A stretch of 64,000 bases of DNA from an uncultured Holophaga sp. (GTDB taxonomy: Bacteria > Acidobacteriota > Holophagae > Holophagales > Holophagaceae): NCBI GenBank assembly GCA_963677305.1, contig OY781925.1, positions 2,878,783-2,942,782 of the forward strand, read 5' to 3'. The position numbers were made by a program, and so were the translations under genes. Shown here piece by piece: positions 47,724 through 57,714 of the stretch; within the stretch, counting starts at the first letter, position 1; the number at the start of each line of letters is the position of its first letter. The notes below the pieces were generated by a model. It saw nothing but the letters and a program-made list of their open reading frames with translations, was not told the origin of the DNA and ran no database searches.

Positions 47724-48497
47724 ATGCGGATCTGTGCCATCAATGGAAGCCTCAGGGGCCCGGGGGGGGTCACGAGCCTCCTGCTGGAGGCCATGCGGCA
47801 AGGCGTGGAGGAAGCAGGCGGAACCTGGGATCAGGTGGACCTGGCCGGGCTCCGGATCGAAAGCTGCCGGGGATGTCTGTGCTGCCAGACCGAGGACCTG
47901 CCGGGTTGCATTTTCGATGGCCGGGATGCATGCCGGGGGGTCTTCGAGCGTCTGGCCGCCGCCGACCGGGTCGTCTATGCCTCGCCCATCTATGTCCTCG
48001 GCCTCTCAAGTGCCCTGCGTCGGCTCCTTGAACGCTTCTTTTCACTCGCTCCAGTCCAGGGCCTGCGCCTGACCCGAGGCGGTCTCTTCTTCCATGAGGT
48101 GGACCGACAGGTCTGCGCCAAGCCCTTCGTGTCCCTCCTGGTGTGCGACAACCTGGAGGAACTCACCCTGGATACAGGACGGAGCTTTTTCCATGCCTTC
48201 AGCCGCTTCATGGAAGCTCCGCGCCTCGGGCACCTGGAGCGCCCGAGCGCTGCGGCCTGGCGCCGGGCCCTGACCGGCCCCGAGGGGGAGGCCAGGGCTC
48301 GGGCGGCATCCATCCTGGCGCGCTATGAGGATGCAGGCCGGGAGCTGGCCACCCGGGGACGGATCCGTTCCGGGACCCTCCGGGCCGCCAGCCGTCCCTT
48401 CATCCAGGTGCCGATCCTGGTCCGACTGGCCCGCCACCTGCCCTTCCTCCGGACCCGGCTGGAAGCGGAGATCCGGAAACGGGCCGTGATGATCTGA
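47724..48497 (+). CDS. NAD(P)H-dependent FMN reductase / flavodoxin-like fold protein
   Basis: 257 aa, MRICAINGSLRGPGGVTSLLLEA...VVYASPIYVLGLSSALRRLLER matches the NADPH-dependent FMN reductase pattern. Cys cluster CRGCLCC. Confidence 0.55.
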   Translation: MRICAINGSLRGPGGVTSLLLEAMRQGVEEAGGTWDQVDLAGLRIESCRGCLCCQTEDLPGCIFDGRDACRGVFERLAAADRVVYASPIYVLGLSSALRRLLERFFSLAPVQGLRLTRGGLFFHEVDRQVCAKPFVSLLVCDNLEELTLDTGRSFFHAFSRFMEAPRLGHLERPSAAAWRRALTGPEGEARARAASILARYEDAGRELATRGRIRSGTLRAASRPFIQVPILVRLARHLPFLRTRLEAEIRKRAVMI

Positions 48498-48502
48498 GCC
48501 CC

Positions 48503-49198
48503 CTACTGGCGCGGGGTCGATTCCCCCAGCACATGCTCGAAACGCACGCTCCCACCCGGAGGGATGATCACAAAGCCCTCTTCCCAGGGGCCGCAGAGCA
48601 GCCGCTTGAGGTATTCAGTGGTCCCCTTCAGCACCTCGTGGCGCAGGTCGAAGCCCTTGGCCATGGACTCCGTGCGGGGCCGGACGGCCTCCAGGTCGAA
48701 GGCCCCGGTGTCCACCAGGACAAGCCGCTTGTAGTGGTCGGGCATGAGGGTAGCCTTCACCAGACGCTCGGCCCGCTCAGGGCCCCATTTGGGCGTGAGT
48801 CGGGCCAGCTCCTTCGCGTACATGGACTCGAGGTTCATGGGGGACTCCACCCAGCCCCGGGTCAGGAAGTAGCTCTGGGCCTCCCGGGCGATGGCCTGGC
48901 GCCGCTCGCAGGAGCCCAATACCAGGCTGATGCAGTCATCCACCCGCGGAAAGACCAGCTCAAAGGCCCGGGCCTGGAGCCCCAGGAGCGCGTTGCCACA
49001 GGTGCCAAAGGCCAGGAGCACCCGCTCCACCCCCTCCAGGCCGTCCAGGACTTCCTGAAGCTGTACCCTGAGCCGGTCGGGCCAGGCGTGGGTCTCCCCA
49101 GTGTCCAGCCATTGAACGGGATGGAGGCACCCGGTCTCCTCCAGGGCCTTCCCCAGCTCGTCCTTCAGCATGTTGCAGGCCAGGATCAGGGTGTTCAA
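48503..49198 (-). CDS. DUF1638-domain protein (TTG start)
   Basis: N-terminus (L)NTLILACNMLKDEL matches DUF1638 (M..K.IACxxxxxEL). A TTG at 49198 is preceded by the strong SD GAGGTGAT. The Met-initiated upstream extension in the track ORF is Gly/Pro-rich. Confidence 0.55.
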   Translation of the reverse strand: MNTLILACNMLKDELGKALEETGCLHPVQWLDTGETHAWPDRLRVQLQEVLDGLEGVERVLLAFGTCGNALLGLQARAFELVFPRVDDCISLVLGSCERRQAIAREAQSYFLTRGWVESPMNLESMYAKELARLTPKWGPERAERLVKATLMPDHYKRLVLVDTGAFDLEAVRPRTESMAKGFDLRHEVLKGTTEYLKRLLCGPWEEGFVIIPPGGSVRFEHVLGESTPRQ

Positions 49199-49369
49199 GG
49201 GATCACCTCGGAGGGGGCTCCAGCTTACCGCGAAGGGCGGCCCCTCTTGGGTACGGGCGCGGGGGCCACCGGAGGTCGTCCTGGGACCGTGGAGAAGACA
49301 AGCAGGAAGCAACACAGCCAAGACACCCCGGAATCCGAGGGTCTTGGCCGTGGAATCCGGCTTCCCGCC

Positions 49370-50848
49370 CTATTTGTAGAAGCCCAGGGGGGCCTCCGAG
49401 AGGCTGATGAAGATGTTCTTGGTCTGGGTCAGGTGGTCCAGGATGACCTTGTGGGTCTCGCGGCCGATGCCGGACTTCTTGTAGCCGCCGAAGGGGGCGT
49501 GGGCCGGGAGGGCGTTGTAGGTGTTCACCCACATGCGGCCCGTCTCGACCGCACGGGCCACCCGGAAGGCCCGGTTGATGTCCCTGGTCCAGACCGCCCC
49601 GCCCAGACCGTATTCACTCTCGTTCGCCAGGGCGACGACCTCCTCCTCGGTCTTGAACTTGATGATCACCACCACGGGCCCGAAGATCTCCTCCCGGGCG
49701 ACACGCATATCGTTGGTGACGCCGCAGAGGATGGTGGGCTCCACGAAGGCCCCTTTGTCCAGGCCGTCGCGGGTGATGCGGTGACCGCCGGTGGCGAGGG
49801 TGGCGCCCTCCTCCACGCCGATCTTGACGTAGTTCAGGACCTTCTCGGCCTGGCCCTGGCTTACCAGGGCGCCCATCTGGGTATCCGGCTCCCAGGGCAG
49901 CCCCACCTTGACCTTCTCGAAGGCCTTCACGGCCTCCGCCACGAAGCGGTCGTGGATGTCCTCATGGACGAAGACCCGGGAACCGGCGCAGCAGACCTGG
50001 CCCTGGTTGAAGAGGATGCCCAGCTGCAGCCCCTCGATGGCCTTCTCCCAGGGAGCATCAGGAAAGTAAATGTTGGCGCTCTTGCCGCCCAGCTCCAGGG
50101 TGGCGGGGATCAGACGTTTGGCCGCCGCATCCGCCACGGTGTAGCCCACCTCGGTGGAGCCCGTGAAGCTCAGCTTGTCCACGCCCGGATGGTGCAGCAG
50201 GGCGTTGCCGGCCCCGGAGCCCAGGCCCGTCACCACGTTGAGCACCCCCTTGGGGAGGAGGTCCTCGATGGCCTTCACGAACTCCAGGATGCTGAGCGAG
50301 GTGATGGAGGAGGGCTTGATGACGATGGTGTTCCCGGCAGCCAGGGCGGGGGCGATCTTCCAGGCGGCCATGAGGAAGGGGAAGTTCCAGGGGATCACCT
50401 GCCCCACCACTCCGATGGGCTCCCTCAGGACAATGCTGAGGGTCTGGTCATCGATGAGGGTGGCCTGCCCCTCCTCGGTGCGCACGGCCCCTGCGAAATA
50501 GCGGAAGTGGTCCGAGGCCAGGGGGATGTCGATATTGCGGGTTTCCCGGATGGGCTTGCCGTTGTCCAGGGTCTCCGCCAGGGCCAGGCGATCCGCGTGC
50601 TGGTCGATGCGGTCGGCGATCTTCAGCAGGAGGGTGGCCCGCTCCTGGGGGGATACGGTCTTCCAGGTGGCGAAGGCCCGGCGGGCGGCGGCCACGGCGG
50701 CATCCACATCGGGCTCACCGGCATCGGCGAAGGTGGCCAGGTGGGAACCATCGGCGGGGTTGGTGGCCGCGAAGGTCTTGCCCTGCTGGCCAGGGGTCCA
50801 CTGGCCATTGATGAAGAGGTCGTAGTGGGAAGCATAGGGGGTGGACAT
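49370..50848 (-). CDS. NAD(P)+-dependent aldehyde dehydrogenase
   Basis: 492 aa, ALDH catalytic motifs LELGGKSA and FNQGQVCCAGSR, and GYKKSGIGRE. Confidence 0.9.
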   Translation of the reverse strand: MSTPYASHYDLFINGQWTPGQQGKTFAATNPADGSHLATFADAGEPDVDAAVAAARRAFATWKTVSPQERATLLLKIADRIDQHADRLALAETLDNGKPIRETRNIDIPLASDHFRYFAGAVRTEEGQATLIDDQTLSIVLREPIGVVGQVIPWNFPFLMAAWKIAPALAAGNTIVIKPSSITSLSILEFVKAIEDLLPKGVLNVVTGLGSGAGNALLHHPGVDKLSFTGSTEVGYTVADAAAKRLIPATLELGGKSANIYFPDAPWEKAIEGLQLGILFNQGQVCCAGSRVFVHEDIHDRFVAEAVKAFEKVKVGLPWEPDTQMGALVSQGQAEKVLNYVKIGVEEGATLATGGHRITRDGLDKGAFVEPTILCGVTNDMRVAREEIFGPVVVIIKFKTEEEVVALANESEYGLGGAVWTRDINRAFRVARAVETGRMWVNTYNALPAHAPFGGYKKSGIGRETHKVILDHLTQTKNIFISLSEAPLGFYK

Positions 50849-51089
50849 GGTGTCGCTCCTTGAGGCCGCATGGGGGCTGCTTTCCAGAGGATCGCGCCCT
50901 GCGGGGGCCCATCACCCGGTCACTCAGCCCGCAGGGAATTTCCGTTCGGCTGGCCCTTCGATGACAAGGGAGGAGGGTGCCGTGACAGGCTTCTAATGGA
51001 GAAATAAATATCGTTAGCGAACACCCCCCAGGCCCCCCTCCGGCCCCGGCCCCGCCTTCCGGTAACATGGGGTTTTCCGAGGATGCCGC

Positions 51090-52775
51090 ATGGCCAAGAA
51101 TCCCAATGAGGAACCGACGATCATCTACTCGATGATGCGCGTGTCGAAGTACTACAACGGCAAGCCCGTCATCAAGGACATCTCCCTGTCCTACTTCCTG
51201 GGGGCCAAGATCGGCGTGCTGGGCCTCAACGGCTCGGGCAAGTCCACGGTGCTGCGCATCATGGCGGGCACCGACAAGGACTTCAACGGCGATGCGGTCC
51301 TCAGCAAGGGCTACACCACCGGCATCCTGGACCAGGAGCCCCAGCTCGACGAGAACAAGACCGTCCGCGAGATCGTGGAGGAGGGCGCTAGCGAGAAGGT
51401 GGGCTGGCTCAAGGAATACAACGAGATCGGCGAGGCCTTCTCCGATCCCGATGCCGACTACGACACACTCCTGGCCCGCCAGGGCGAGCTGCAGGACAAG
51501 ATCGACGCCGCCGACTGCTGGGACCTGGACAGCCAGCTGGAACAGGCCATGGACGCCCTCCGCTGCCCGGACCCCGACGCGAAGATCGCCAACCTCTCCG
51601 GCGGTGAGCGCCGCCGGGTGGCCCTGTGCCGCCTGCTGCTCCAGAAGCCCGACATCCTGCTCCTGGACGAGCCCACCAACCACCTGGATGCCGAGACCGT
51701 GGCCTGGCTGGAGAAGCACCTCCAGGACTACAAGGGCACCGTCATCGCCGTGACCCACGACCGCTACTTCCTGGACCACGTGGCCGAGTGGATCCTGGAG
51801 CTGGACCGGGGCGAGGGCATTCCCTGGAAGGGCAACTACTCCTCCTGGCTGGAGCAGAAGCAGGCCCGCCTCGCCAAGGAGGAGAAGGCCGACAACAAGC
51901 GCCAGAAGACCCTTGAACGCGAGCTGGAATGGATCCGCATGTCCCCCAAGGGGCAGCACGCCAAGAGCAAGGACCGCATCGCCAACTACGAGCGACTGGC
52001 CGGGGAGGAGGGCCGCCAGAAGGAGCAGGAGCTGGAGATCTACATCCCCTCCGGGCCCCGCCTGGGCGACATCGTGGCGGAGGTCAGCGGGGTGTCCAAG
52101 GCCTTCGGCGACAAGGTGCTCTTCGAGAACCTCGACTTCCAGATCCCCCGCTGCGGCGTCCTGGGCATCATCGGCGCCAATGGCGCGGGCAAGACCACCC
52201 TGGTGAAGATGCTCACGGGCCAGGAGCAGGCCGATGCGGGCAGCATCCGCCTGGGCGACACCGTGAAGATGGCCTACGTGGACCAGCTCCGCCAGAGCCT
52301 CAACCCCGACAAGACCGTCTTCGAGGCCGTCAGCGGCGGCTACGAAATGATCGAACTGGGGGGCAGGCAGATCAACGCCCGGGCCTGGCTCAGCCGCTTC
52401 GGCTTCTCCGGCGACAGCCAACAGAAGAAGGTCAAGGAGCTCTCAGGGGGCCAGCAGAACCGCCTGAACCTGGCTCTGACCCTCAAGAGCGAGTCCAACC
52501 TGCTCTTCTTCGACGAGCCCACCAACGACCTGGATGTGAACACCATGCGCGCCCTGGAAGAGGCCATCGAGGGCTTCGCAGGCTCCGCCGTCATCGTGAG
52601 CCACGACCGCTGGTTCCTGGACCGTCTGGCCACCCACATCCTGGCCTTCGAGGGAGACAGCCAGGTCCACTTCTTCGACGGCAACTACAGCCAGTGGGAG
52701 GAATACCGCAAGGATGTCCTGGGCCTCAAGCCCTTCGAGCCCCACCGCATCAAGTACCGCAAACTCACCCGCTGA
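51090..52775 (+). CDS. ettA: Energy-dependent translational throttle protein EttA (ABC-F ATPase)
   Basis: 561 aa, two ABC cassettes with arm and linker regions, highly similar to EttA (IYSMMRVSKYY...VLGLNGSGKST...LSGGERRRVALCRLLL). Confidence 0.9.
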   Translation: MAKNPNEEPTIIYSMMRVSKYYNGKPVIKDISLSYFLGAKIGVLGLNGSGKSTVLRIMAGTDKDFNGDAVLSKGYTTGILDQEPQLDENKTVREIVEEGASEKVGWLKEYNEIGEAFSDPDADYDTLLARQGELQDKIDAADCWDLDSQLEQAMDALRCPDPDAKIANLSGGERRRVALCRLLLQKPDILLLDEPTNHLDAETVAWLEKHLQDYKGTVIAVTHDRYFLDHVAEWILELDRGEGIPWKGNYSSWLEQKQARLAKEEKADNKRQKTLERELEWIRMSPKGQHAKSKDRIANYERLAGEEGRQKEQELEIYIPSGPRLGDIVAEVSGVSKAFGDKVLFENLDFQIPRCGVLGIIGANGAGKTTLVKMLTGQEQADAGSIRLGDTVKMAYVDQLRQSLNPDKTVFEAVSGGYEMIELGGRQINARAWLSRFGFSGDSQQKKVKELSGGQQNRLNLALTLKSESNLLFFDEPTNDLDVNTMRALEEAIEGFAGSAVIVSHDRWFLDRLATHILAFEGDSQVHFFDGNYSQWEEYRKDVLGLKPFEPHRIKYRKLTR

Positions 52776-54672
52776 TCTCCTGCCAGCGGATCAGCAGCAG
52801 GGGACAGAAGCCCGGCTGCAGAGCCATCAGTGTGACCTCCACCGGGAAGTCCCCCCGGTGGGGGCTCCGGTGGGTCCAGTGGAAGCGGTGGCTGCCCCCC
52901 AGGAGGGCGATGGCGTTCATCTCCCTGGAAGTGGCCAGGCTCTCCCGGCCATCGGGTTGAAGCCGCGGTGAGAGGTCCTCGGGGCCCAGGTGCGGGACCT
53001 CCTCGAGGCGGCACCGCAGCATGGCCAGGGCCGCCCGGTTGAAGTAGACGAAGTGCTGGGTCCGGGCGTCCAGGATGAGCGTAGCCTCAGGGTGGCCCTC
53101 CAGGGCGCTGCGGAATCCCGCCAGCCAGTCCTCCCCTTCGGGGAGCCGGTGGTCGCGCTGGGGCTGGATGCTGGCCAGCAGGACCCTCCGCTTGCCCATG
53201 CTGAAGGCGTTCAGGAAGACCTCCGCCGGGAACTCACCCGCCACCCGATGCCGGAAGCTGCAGGTGAAGGTGGTGGGACCGCTTCCCAGCACCTCCTGAA
53301 TCCGCTGGTTGAGGGCCACGGCCGAAGGGGTGCCCCCTGGCTGCCAGGCGGGTGCCAGCTCATCCAGACGCCGCTGGAGGATCTCCGACTTCCCCTCAAA
53401 GCCGAAGAGCTTCAGTGCGGTGGCATTGCAGTCGAAGATCCCTTTGGGCGTCAGCAGGAGCATGGCGTCCCGGGTGCCCTCGAAGGCCCCCCGGAAGCGT
53501 TCCTCGCTCTCCACCAGGGTGTTCTCCAGCTCGACCTTGGTGCTGATGTCCTCCAGGAGCCAGACCGAGGCCATGGATGGCTGGCGCGGATCCAGGACCC
53601 TCCCCACCACCCGGACCCAGAAGAGGGTGCCGTCCGGCCTCCGGAAGCGGGTGCGGCCCTCCCAGTACCGTCCTGAGGCGATGGCCTCACGGGCCATCCG
53701 GTCAAAGTCCTGATAGCTGGCTTCGTCGGGGAAGCAGGTGCGCGTCTCGCTCCCCAGCAGCTGCTCCAGGGGAATCCCCAGGATTTCCGCCGCCCGGGGA
53801 TTGGCCCACTGGAAGATCCTCCCGTGCATCAGGCAGAGCCCCAGGGCTGTGTTGTCCAGGATCAGGTCCTGGAGGGTCCGGATCCGCTCGAGGTGCTCCT
53901 GGGCACCCCGGAACTCGGTCACATCATGGCCAAGGGCCAGGGAGCCGGTGACAGCCCCCTCCGGCGAGTACACGGGCGAAACATGCCAGGAGATGACCTT
54001 GGTGGCTCCGTCCTTGCAGTGGATCACCGACTCCTCGCCCCTGATGGGTCCCGCCCCGAGGAGTTGGGAGAGCACCTTGGTGGAATAGCGGGCGCGGTCC
54101 ACGGGATCCGGGTAGAGACGGGGCCAGAAGTCGGACCGCCCCTGGACCTCCTGCCAGGCATAGCCGCTGATCCTCTCCGCCCCATGGTTCCAGGCCACCA
54201 CCCGCCCCTCCAGGTCCAGGGTGCTGATCCACATGTCCACCTGGTCGATGGCCATGGCCATGCTGCGGGCCAGTTCAGCAGCCTGCATCCCGGCCTCGCC
54301 CCGTTGGCGGGCCTGGAGAGCCTCCTCCTGCCATCGGGCGGCATGGTTCCGCTCATCCTCGGCCCGCTCCCGGGCGTCCCGCACCGTGTCCTCCGCCTGC
54401 CGTCCCTGCTGCAACAGGGACTCAAGGCCGATCATCCCCAGCAGCAGAAGCAGGGAGATCCCCAGGGAGATCCAGGCCTCAAGGTTCAGCCCTGACCGGT
54501 GCAGAAGGGTCTCCCACCCGGTCACAACCCTCCGCAGGGCCATGAGCAGCATGGCCAGGGCCACCAGCACCCAACCCCAGCTCTCCCGGGTGAAGCGCCT
54601 GAGGCGCAGGGCCAGGAAGGCCGCCAGGAGCTGCAGGAGCATGGTGAGCAGGAGGATGGGGAAAGCCAACAC
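52765..54672 (-). CDS. Membrane-anchored multi-PAS sensor protein without recognisable output domain
   Basis: 635 aa. Three N-terminal TM helices, coiled coil, three to four PAS repeats (VVAWNHGAERISGYAWQEV...). Ends right after the last PAS. 3' end overlaps ettA by 11 bp (convergent). Confidence 0.7.
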   Translation of the reverse strand: MLAFPILLLTMLLQLLAAFLALRLRRFTRESWGWVLVALAMLLMALRRVVTGWETLLHRSGLNLEAWISLGISLLLLLGMIGLESLLQQGRQAEDTVRDARERAEDERNHAARWQEEALQARQRGEAGMQAAELARSMAMAIDQVDMWISTLDLEGRVVAWNHGAERISGYAWQEVQGRSDFWPRLYPDPVDRARYSTKVLSQLLGAGPIRGEESVIHCKDGATKVISWHVSPVYSPEGAVTGSLALGHDVTEFRGAQEHLERIRTLQDLILDNTALGLCLMHGRIFQWANPRAAEILGIPLEQLLGSETRTCFPDEASYQDFDRMAREAIASGRYWEGRTRFRRPDGTLFWVRVVGRVLDPRQPSMASVWLLEDISTKVELENTLVESEERFRGAFEGTRDAMLLLTPKGIFDCNATALKLFGFEGKSEILQRRLDELAPAWQPGGTPSAVALNQRIQEVLGSGPTTFTCSFRHRVAGEFPAEVFLNAFSMGKRRVLLASIQPQRDHRLPEGEDWLAGFRSALEGHPEATLILDARTQHFVYFNRAALAMLRCRLEEVPHLGPEDLSPRLQPDGRESLATSREMNAIALLGGSHRFHWTHRSPHRGDFPVEVTLMALQPGFCPLLLIRWQEISG

Positions 54673-54720
54673 AGGCCCTCGGAGAAGGGGGATCCTTAAG
54701 GATTCGGCAGGCTTTGCCCT

Positions 54721-57612
54721 TTACTTCAATCCGAAGTACACCCTGCTCCCCCCCTCCTTGGCTGCGCGCTCCCCTCCGCGGACCGAAAAGACCCTGGAGG
54801 GTTCCACCTGCCCGCCAGCCAGGAGGGCGGCGAGGACGGCCTTGCCCCGGGCATCCGCCAGCTCTGCAAAGCGCCCGGGCTCCACGGGCATGGCCCCCAG
54901 GAGCCGCTGCTCCATCCCCGCAGCATCCGGCGTCTTCTCCTTGCTGTCCTTGGCCTGGGGGAAGGTGATGGCATAGACCAGGCGGAGCCACTTCTCCCGC
55001 TCCTCGGCCCCCACAGGCTGCTCGGTCTGCCCCGGGTTCTTCTGCCTCAGGGCCTGCAGCTTGGCCAGCCGCAGCCGGGCCTCCAGGGCCTCCTGGCGCA
55101 GAGCCGCTCCATCGGCGGGCTCCCCGGCAACGCCCTCCAACTCCAGGCTCAAAGCCGGACGTTCGTGGAGCGCCTTGACCAGGATCCCCAGCTTCTTCGC
55201 GGCTTCAGGGGCCAGGACGGCGGAGCCCGGCTGGAAGTCCACCAGGCTCAGGTCCTGGTCTCCACCCCCGAAGAGGCTGCCCAGAGCCTTGAAGGGGGAA
55301 GCGGCCAGTTTGGTGAAGATGTTGACGATGGCACGCCAGATGATCTTGCCGTAGTGGAAGTCCGGATCATCCAGGTTCCCGTCCACGGGCAGCTCCAGCT
55401 TGATCACCCCCTGCCGGTCCCGCAGGATGGCCAGGGCCAGCTTGATGGGCAGATGCATGGCATCGGGGCTTTCCACCTTGTCCCCCAGGAAGAACTGGTC
55501 CATGGTGAGCTTCGAGAGCATATCCAGCTTCCGCTGCTGGATGCCCATGTGCGCAGCCAGCTCCAGCTTCCCCTTTCGGATGGTGTAGCCCAGGAACTTG
55601 CCCGAGTAGGGGCTGCCATCGGTCATCTCCGTATTCCGGACGCTGAGGGTCAGGTCCGTGTCCTTGTCATGCCGCAGAGGCATGGCCCGCCCCTCCAGGC
55701 TGAGGGGGCCGACGCCCCCCACCATGCCCTTGAGGGAGACCTTGGCCAGGGCGCTGGGTTCGGTGGAGAGTCCCAGGTAGCTGCCCTCCAGACCGGTCAG
55801 GGTGAGGACAGCACTGGGCTGCACACTGCGGTCCAGCAGGGACAGCCGTCCCCCCGCCAGGGAAACCCTCGCCAGGAGGATCACCGGGGAGGGGCCGCTG
55901 GGGGTGCCCGCCGCCGCAGGGACGGGCGTCCCTGTCGGAGTGGCGCCGGGGACGGGGGTTCCCAGGGCGCGATCCAGGTTGCTGCGTCCGTCCCGGTCCA
56001 CCACCAGGAGCACCTGAGGCTGACGCAGATCCAGAGTCTTTGCCCGGAAGGCAAGGGGGCGGGTCCCGAAGACCATGCCCCCCAGCCGGAGGGCCCGCTG
56101 CCGGAAGAAGGACTCCCCCTTCTCCGCGTCGGCCAGATCCACCTCATCCAGCCCCAGGCCCCCTTCATAGGTCACGGCGTCCGAAGGCCGGCCCGTGAAG
56201 GCGGCCCGCAGCCTCCCCTCAAAGCCCAGCCGCCCCCGGTTCACACGCATGGGCAGCGAAGCCTGAAGATACGGGGAGAAGGGGGGCAACTCCAGGGCAT
56301 CTCCCTGCACTTTCAGATCCAGGCTGGGCACCAGGGGCTTGAGCTCCCCCTCGGCCCGCAGAGTGCCCTTCTCCCCGACCCGGACACTGAGGTCCAGCTG
56401 GGAGGCATGCTGGGGCTCCAGGGAGAAGTCGCGGAGGTGCAAGGCCAGATCCTGCAGATCCAAACGGACCGGCCACCTGGGCACCCGGTCCTCGAAGGAG
56501 ACCTTGGCCCCCTCCAGAGCCAGGGTGCCGAGGGTCAGCTTGAAGGGCTTGGAAGGCTTCTCCGGTTCCGGCGAGGGCCTGGGGGTCAGGAGCTGCACCA
56601 GGTCGATCTGGCCGCCGGGCAGGCGCGTCCCCTTGACCTGGAGCCCCCGGAGGAGGACCGAGTCGGCATGGGCGCTGGAGGCCAGGAGGTCAGCCCGGGC
56701 TCCCTTCAGCTCCAGGGAGGGCAGCTCCAGGGAGGCTCCCCCCCCTGTCCTGGGCGCCAGGACAAGCCCCTTCATGGCCAGGTTCCCGTCATCGATCTTC
56801 AGGACCTGCTGCCCCTCGGACCAGGCCAGGGTATAGGTTGCCTGCACATCCAGACGCCCGCCCTTGAGGTCGAAGGCCACCCGATCGGTGAAGTAGGGGC
56901 TGTAGTGCGGCAGGTCCAGGTTGCCCAGGAGAAGCCTCCCCTGGCTGCGAATGGGATCCAGGCTGAAGGTGCCGCTCCAGGCAAAGCGCTCCCCGTTGCC
57001 CATGGTTCCCTGGAAGGCGTATGGGTTTCGACTGTCCCGCTGGGTCCGGAAGTCCGTCAGCTCCAGCCCCAAGGGGCCGATCACGGTGGCGAAGGGTCTG
57101 GGCAGGCTCAGGTCCTGGAAGGCAAAACGGCCGCCCTCTACCTTGAGGTGCCCGATGAAGAGGTCCAGCGGCTTCGCCGGGCTTGCGGGCTTGGGCGCAG
57201 GCTCCCCGCCCTCCAGGAGATCAGCGAAGTTGAGCTTCCCATCCCGGCCGACCACCACCCGCCCATGGGGAGCATCCAGTTCGATGGCGTCAAAGGCAGG
57301 ATTGCCCAGCACCGAACGCAGCTTGAGGTTCACGTACAGGCGGTCGAACCCGAAGAAGGGCTGGCCATCCCGATCCTTCACCTCCAGCCCTTCCAGCGTC
57401 AGGGAGAGGGCGAAGGGATTGAGCCGGACCTTCTGGAGGGTGACCTGGCGGTGCAGCACCCCCCCCAGCCGCTGGGGCAGCTGCCGCCGGAGCAGCAGGG
57501 GCAGCAGAAGGAAGCCCAGAAGGCTGTACAGGATCAGGATTCCGAGCACCGCCTGGGCTGCCCGATGTCCCCAGCGGGGAAGTTTTTTCCAGGATTCCAG
57601 GATGTTCATCAC
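54721..57612 (-). CDS. DUF748/AsmA-like large membrane-anchored protein
   Basis: 963 aa, N-terminal TM (AVLGILILYSLLGFLLLPLLL). Long beta-rich repetitive body with repeated LxLxG / GGRLxF segments typical of the AsmA/DUF748/DUF3971 family. Confidence 0.55.
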   Translation of the reverse strand: MMNILESWKKLPRWGHRAAQAVLGILILYSLLGFLLLPLLLRRQLPQRLGGVLHRQVTLQKVRLNPFALSLTLEGLEVKDRDGQPFFGFDRLYVNLKLRSVLGNPAFDAIELDAPHGRVVVGRDGKLNFADLLEGGEPAPKPASPAKPLDLFIGHLKVEGGRFAFQDLSLPRPFATVIGPLGLELTDFRTQRDSRNPYAFQGTMGNGERFAWSGTFSLDPIRSQGRLLLGNLDLPHYSPYFTDRVAFDLKGGRLDVQATYTLAWSEGQQVLKIDDGNLAMKGLVLAPRTGGGASLELPSLELKGARADLLASSAHADSVLLRGLQVKGTRLPGGQIDLVQLLTPRPSPEPEKPSKPFKLTLGTLALEGAKVSFEDRVPRWPVRLDLQDLALHLRDFSLEPQHASQLDLSVRVGEKGTLRAEGELKPLVPSLDLKVQGDALELPPFSPYLQASLPMRVNRGRLGFEGRLRAAFTGRPSDAVTYEGGLGLDEVDLADAEKGESFFRQRALRLGGMVFGTRPLAFRAKTLDLRQPQVLLVVDRDGRSNLDRALGTPVPGATPTGTPVPAAAGTPSGPSPVILLARVSLAGGRLSLLDRSVQPSAVLTLTGLEGSYLGLSTEPSALAKVSLKGMVGGVGPLSLEGRAMPLRHDKDTDLTLSVRNTEMTDGSPYSGKFLGYTIRKGKLELAAHMGIQQRKLDMLSKLTMDQFFLGDKVESPDAMHLPIKLALAILRDRQGVIKLELPVDGNLDDPDFHYGKIIWRAIVNIFTKLAASPFKALGSLFGGGDQDLSLVDFQPGSAVLAPEAAKKLGILVKALHERPALSLELEGVAGEPADGAALRQEALEARLRLAKLQALRQKNPGQTEQPVGAEEREKWLRLVYAITFPQAKDSKEKTPDAAGMEQRLLGAMPVEPGRFAELADARGKAVLAALLAGGQVEPSRVFSVRGGERAAKEGGSRVYFGLK

Positions 57613-57714
57613 TGAAGACTCCCAGCTTCAAGGTCGAAAGAACAGGAGGGGAAACAGCTCTGCCCCATGGGGTGACCGCCCCGGCCCCCATGTTCCCATA
57701 TCCGAGGAGGCCGC

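Noticed and set aside
48533-52421. 776-aa plus-strand and 568-aa minus-strand ORFs overlapping DUF1638, aldehyde dehydrogenase and ettA
   Set aside because: Antisense to high-confidence conserved genes; composition is non-protein-like (Gly/Asp/Leu/Val/His).
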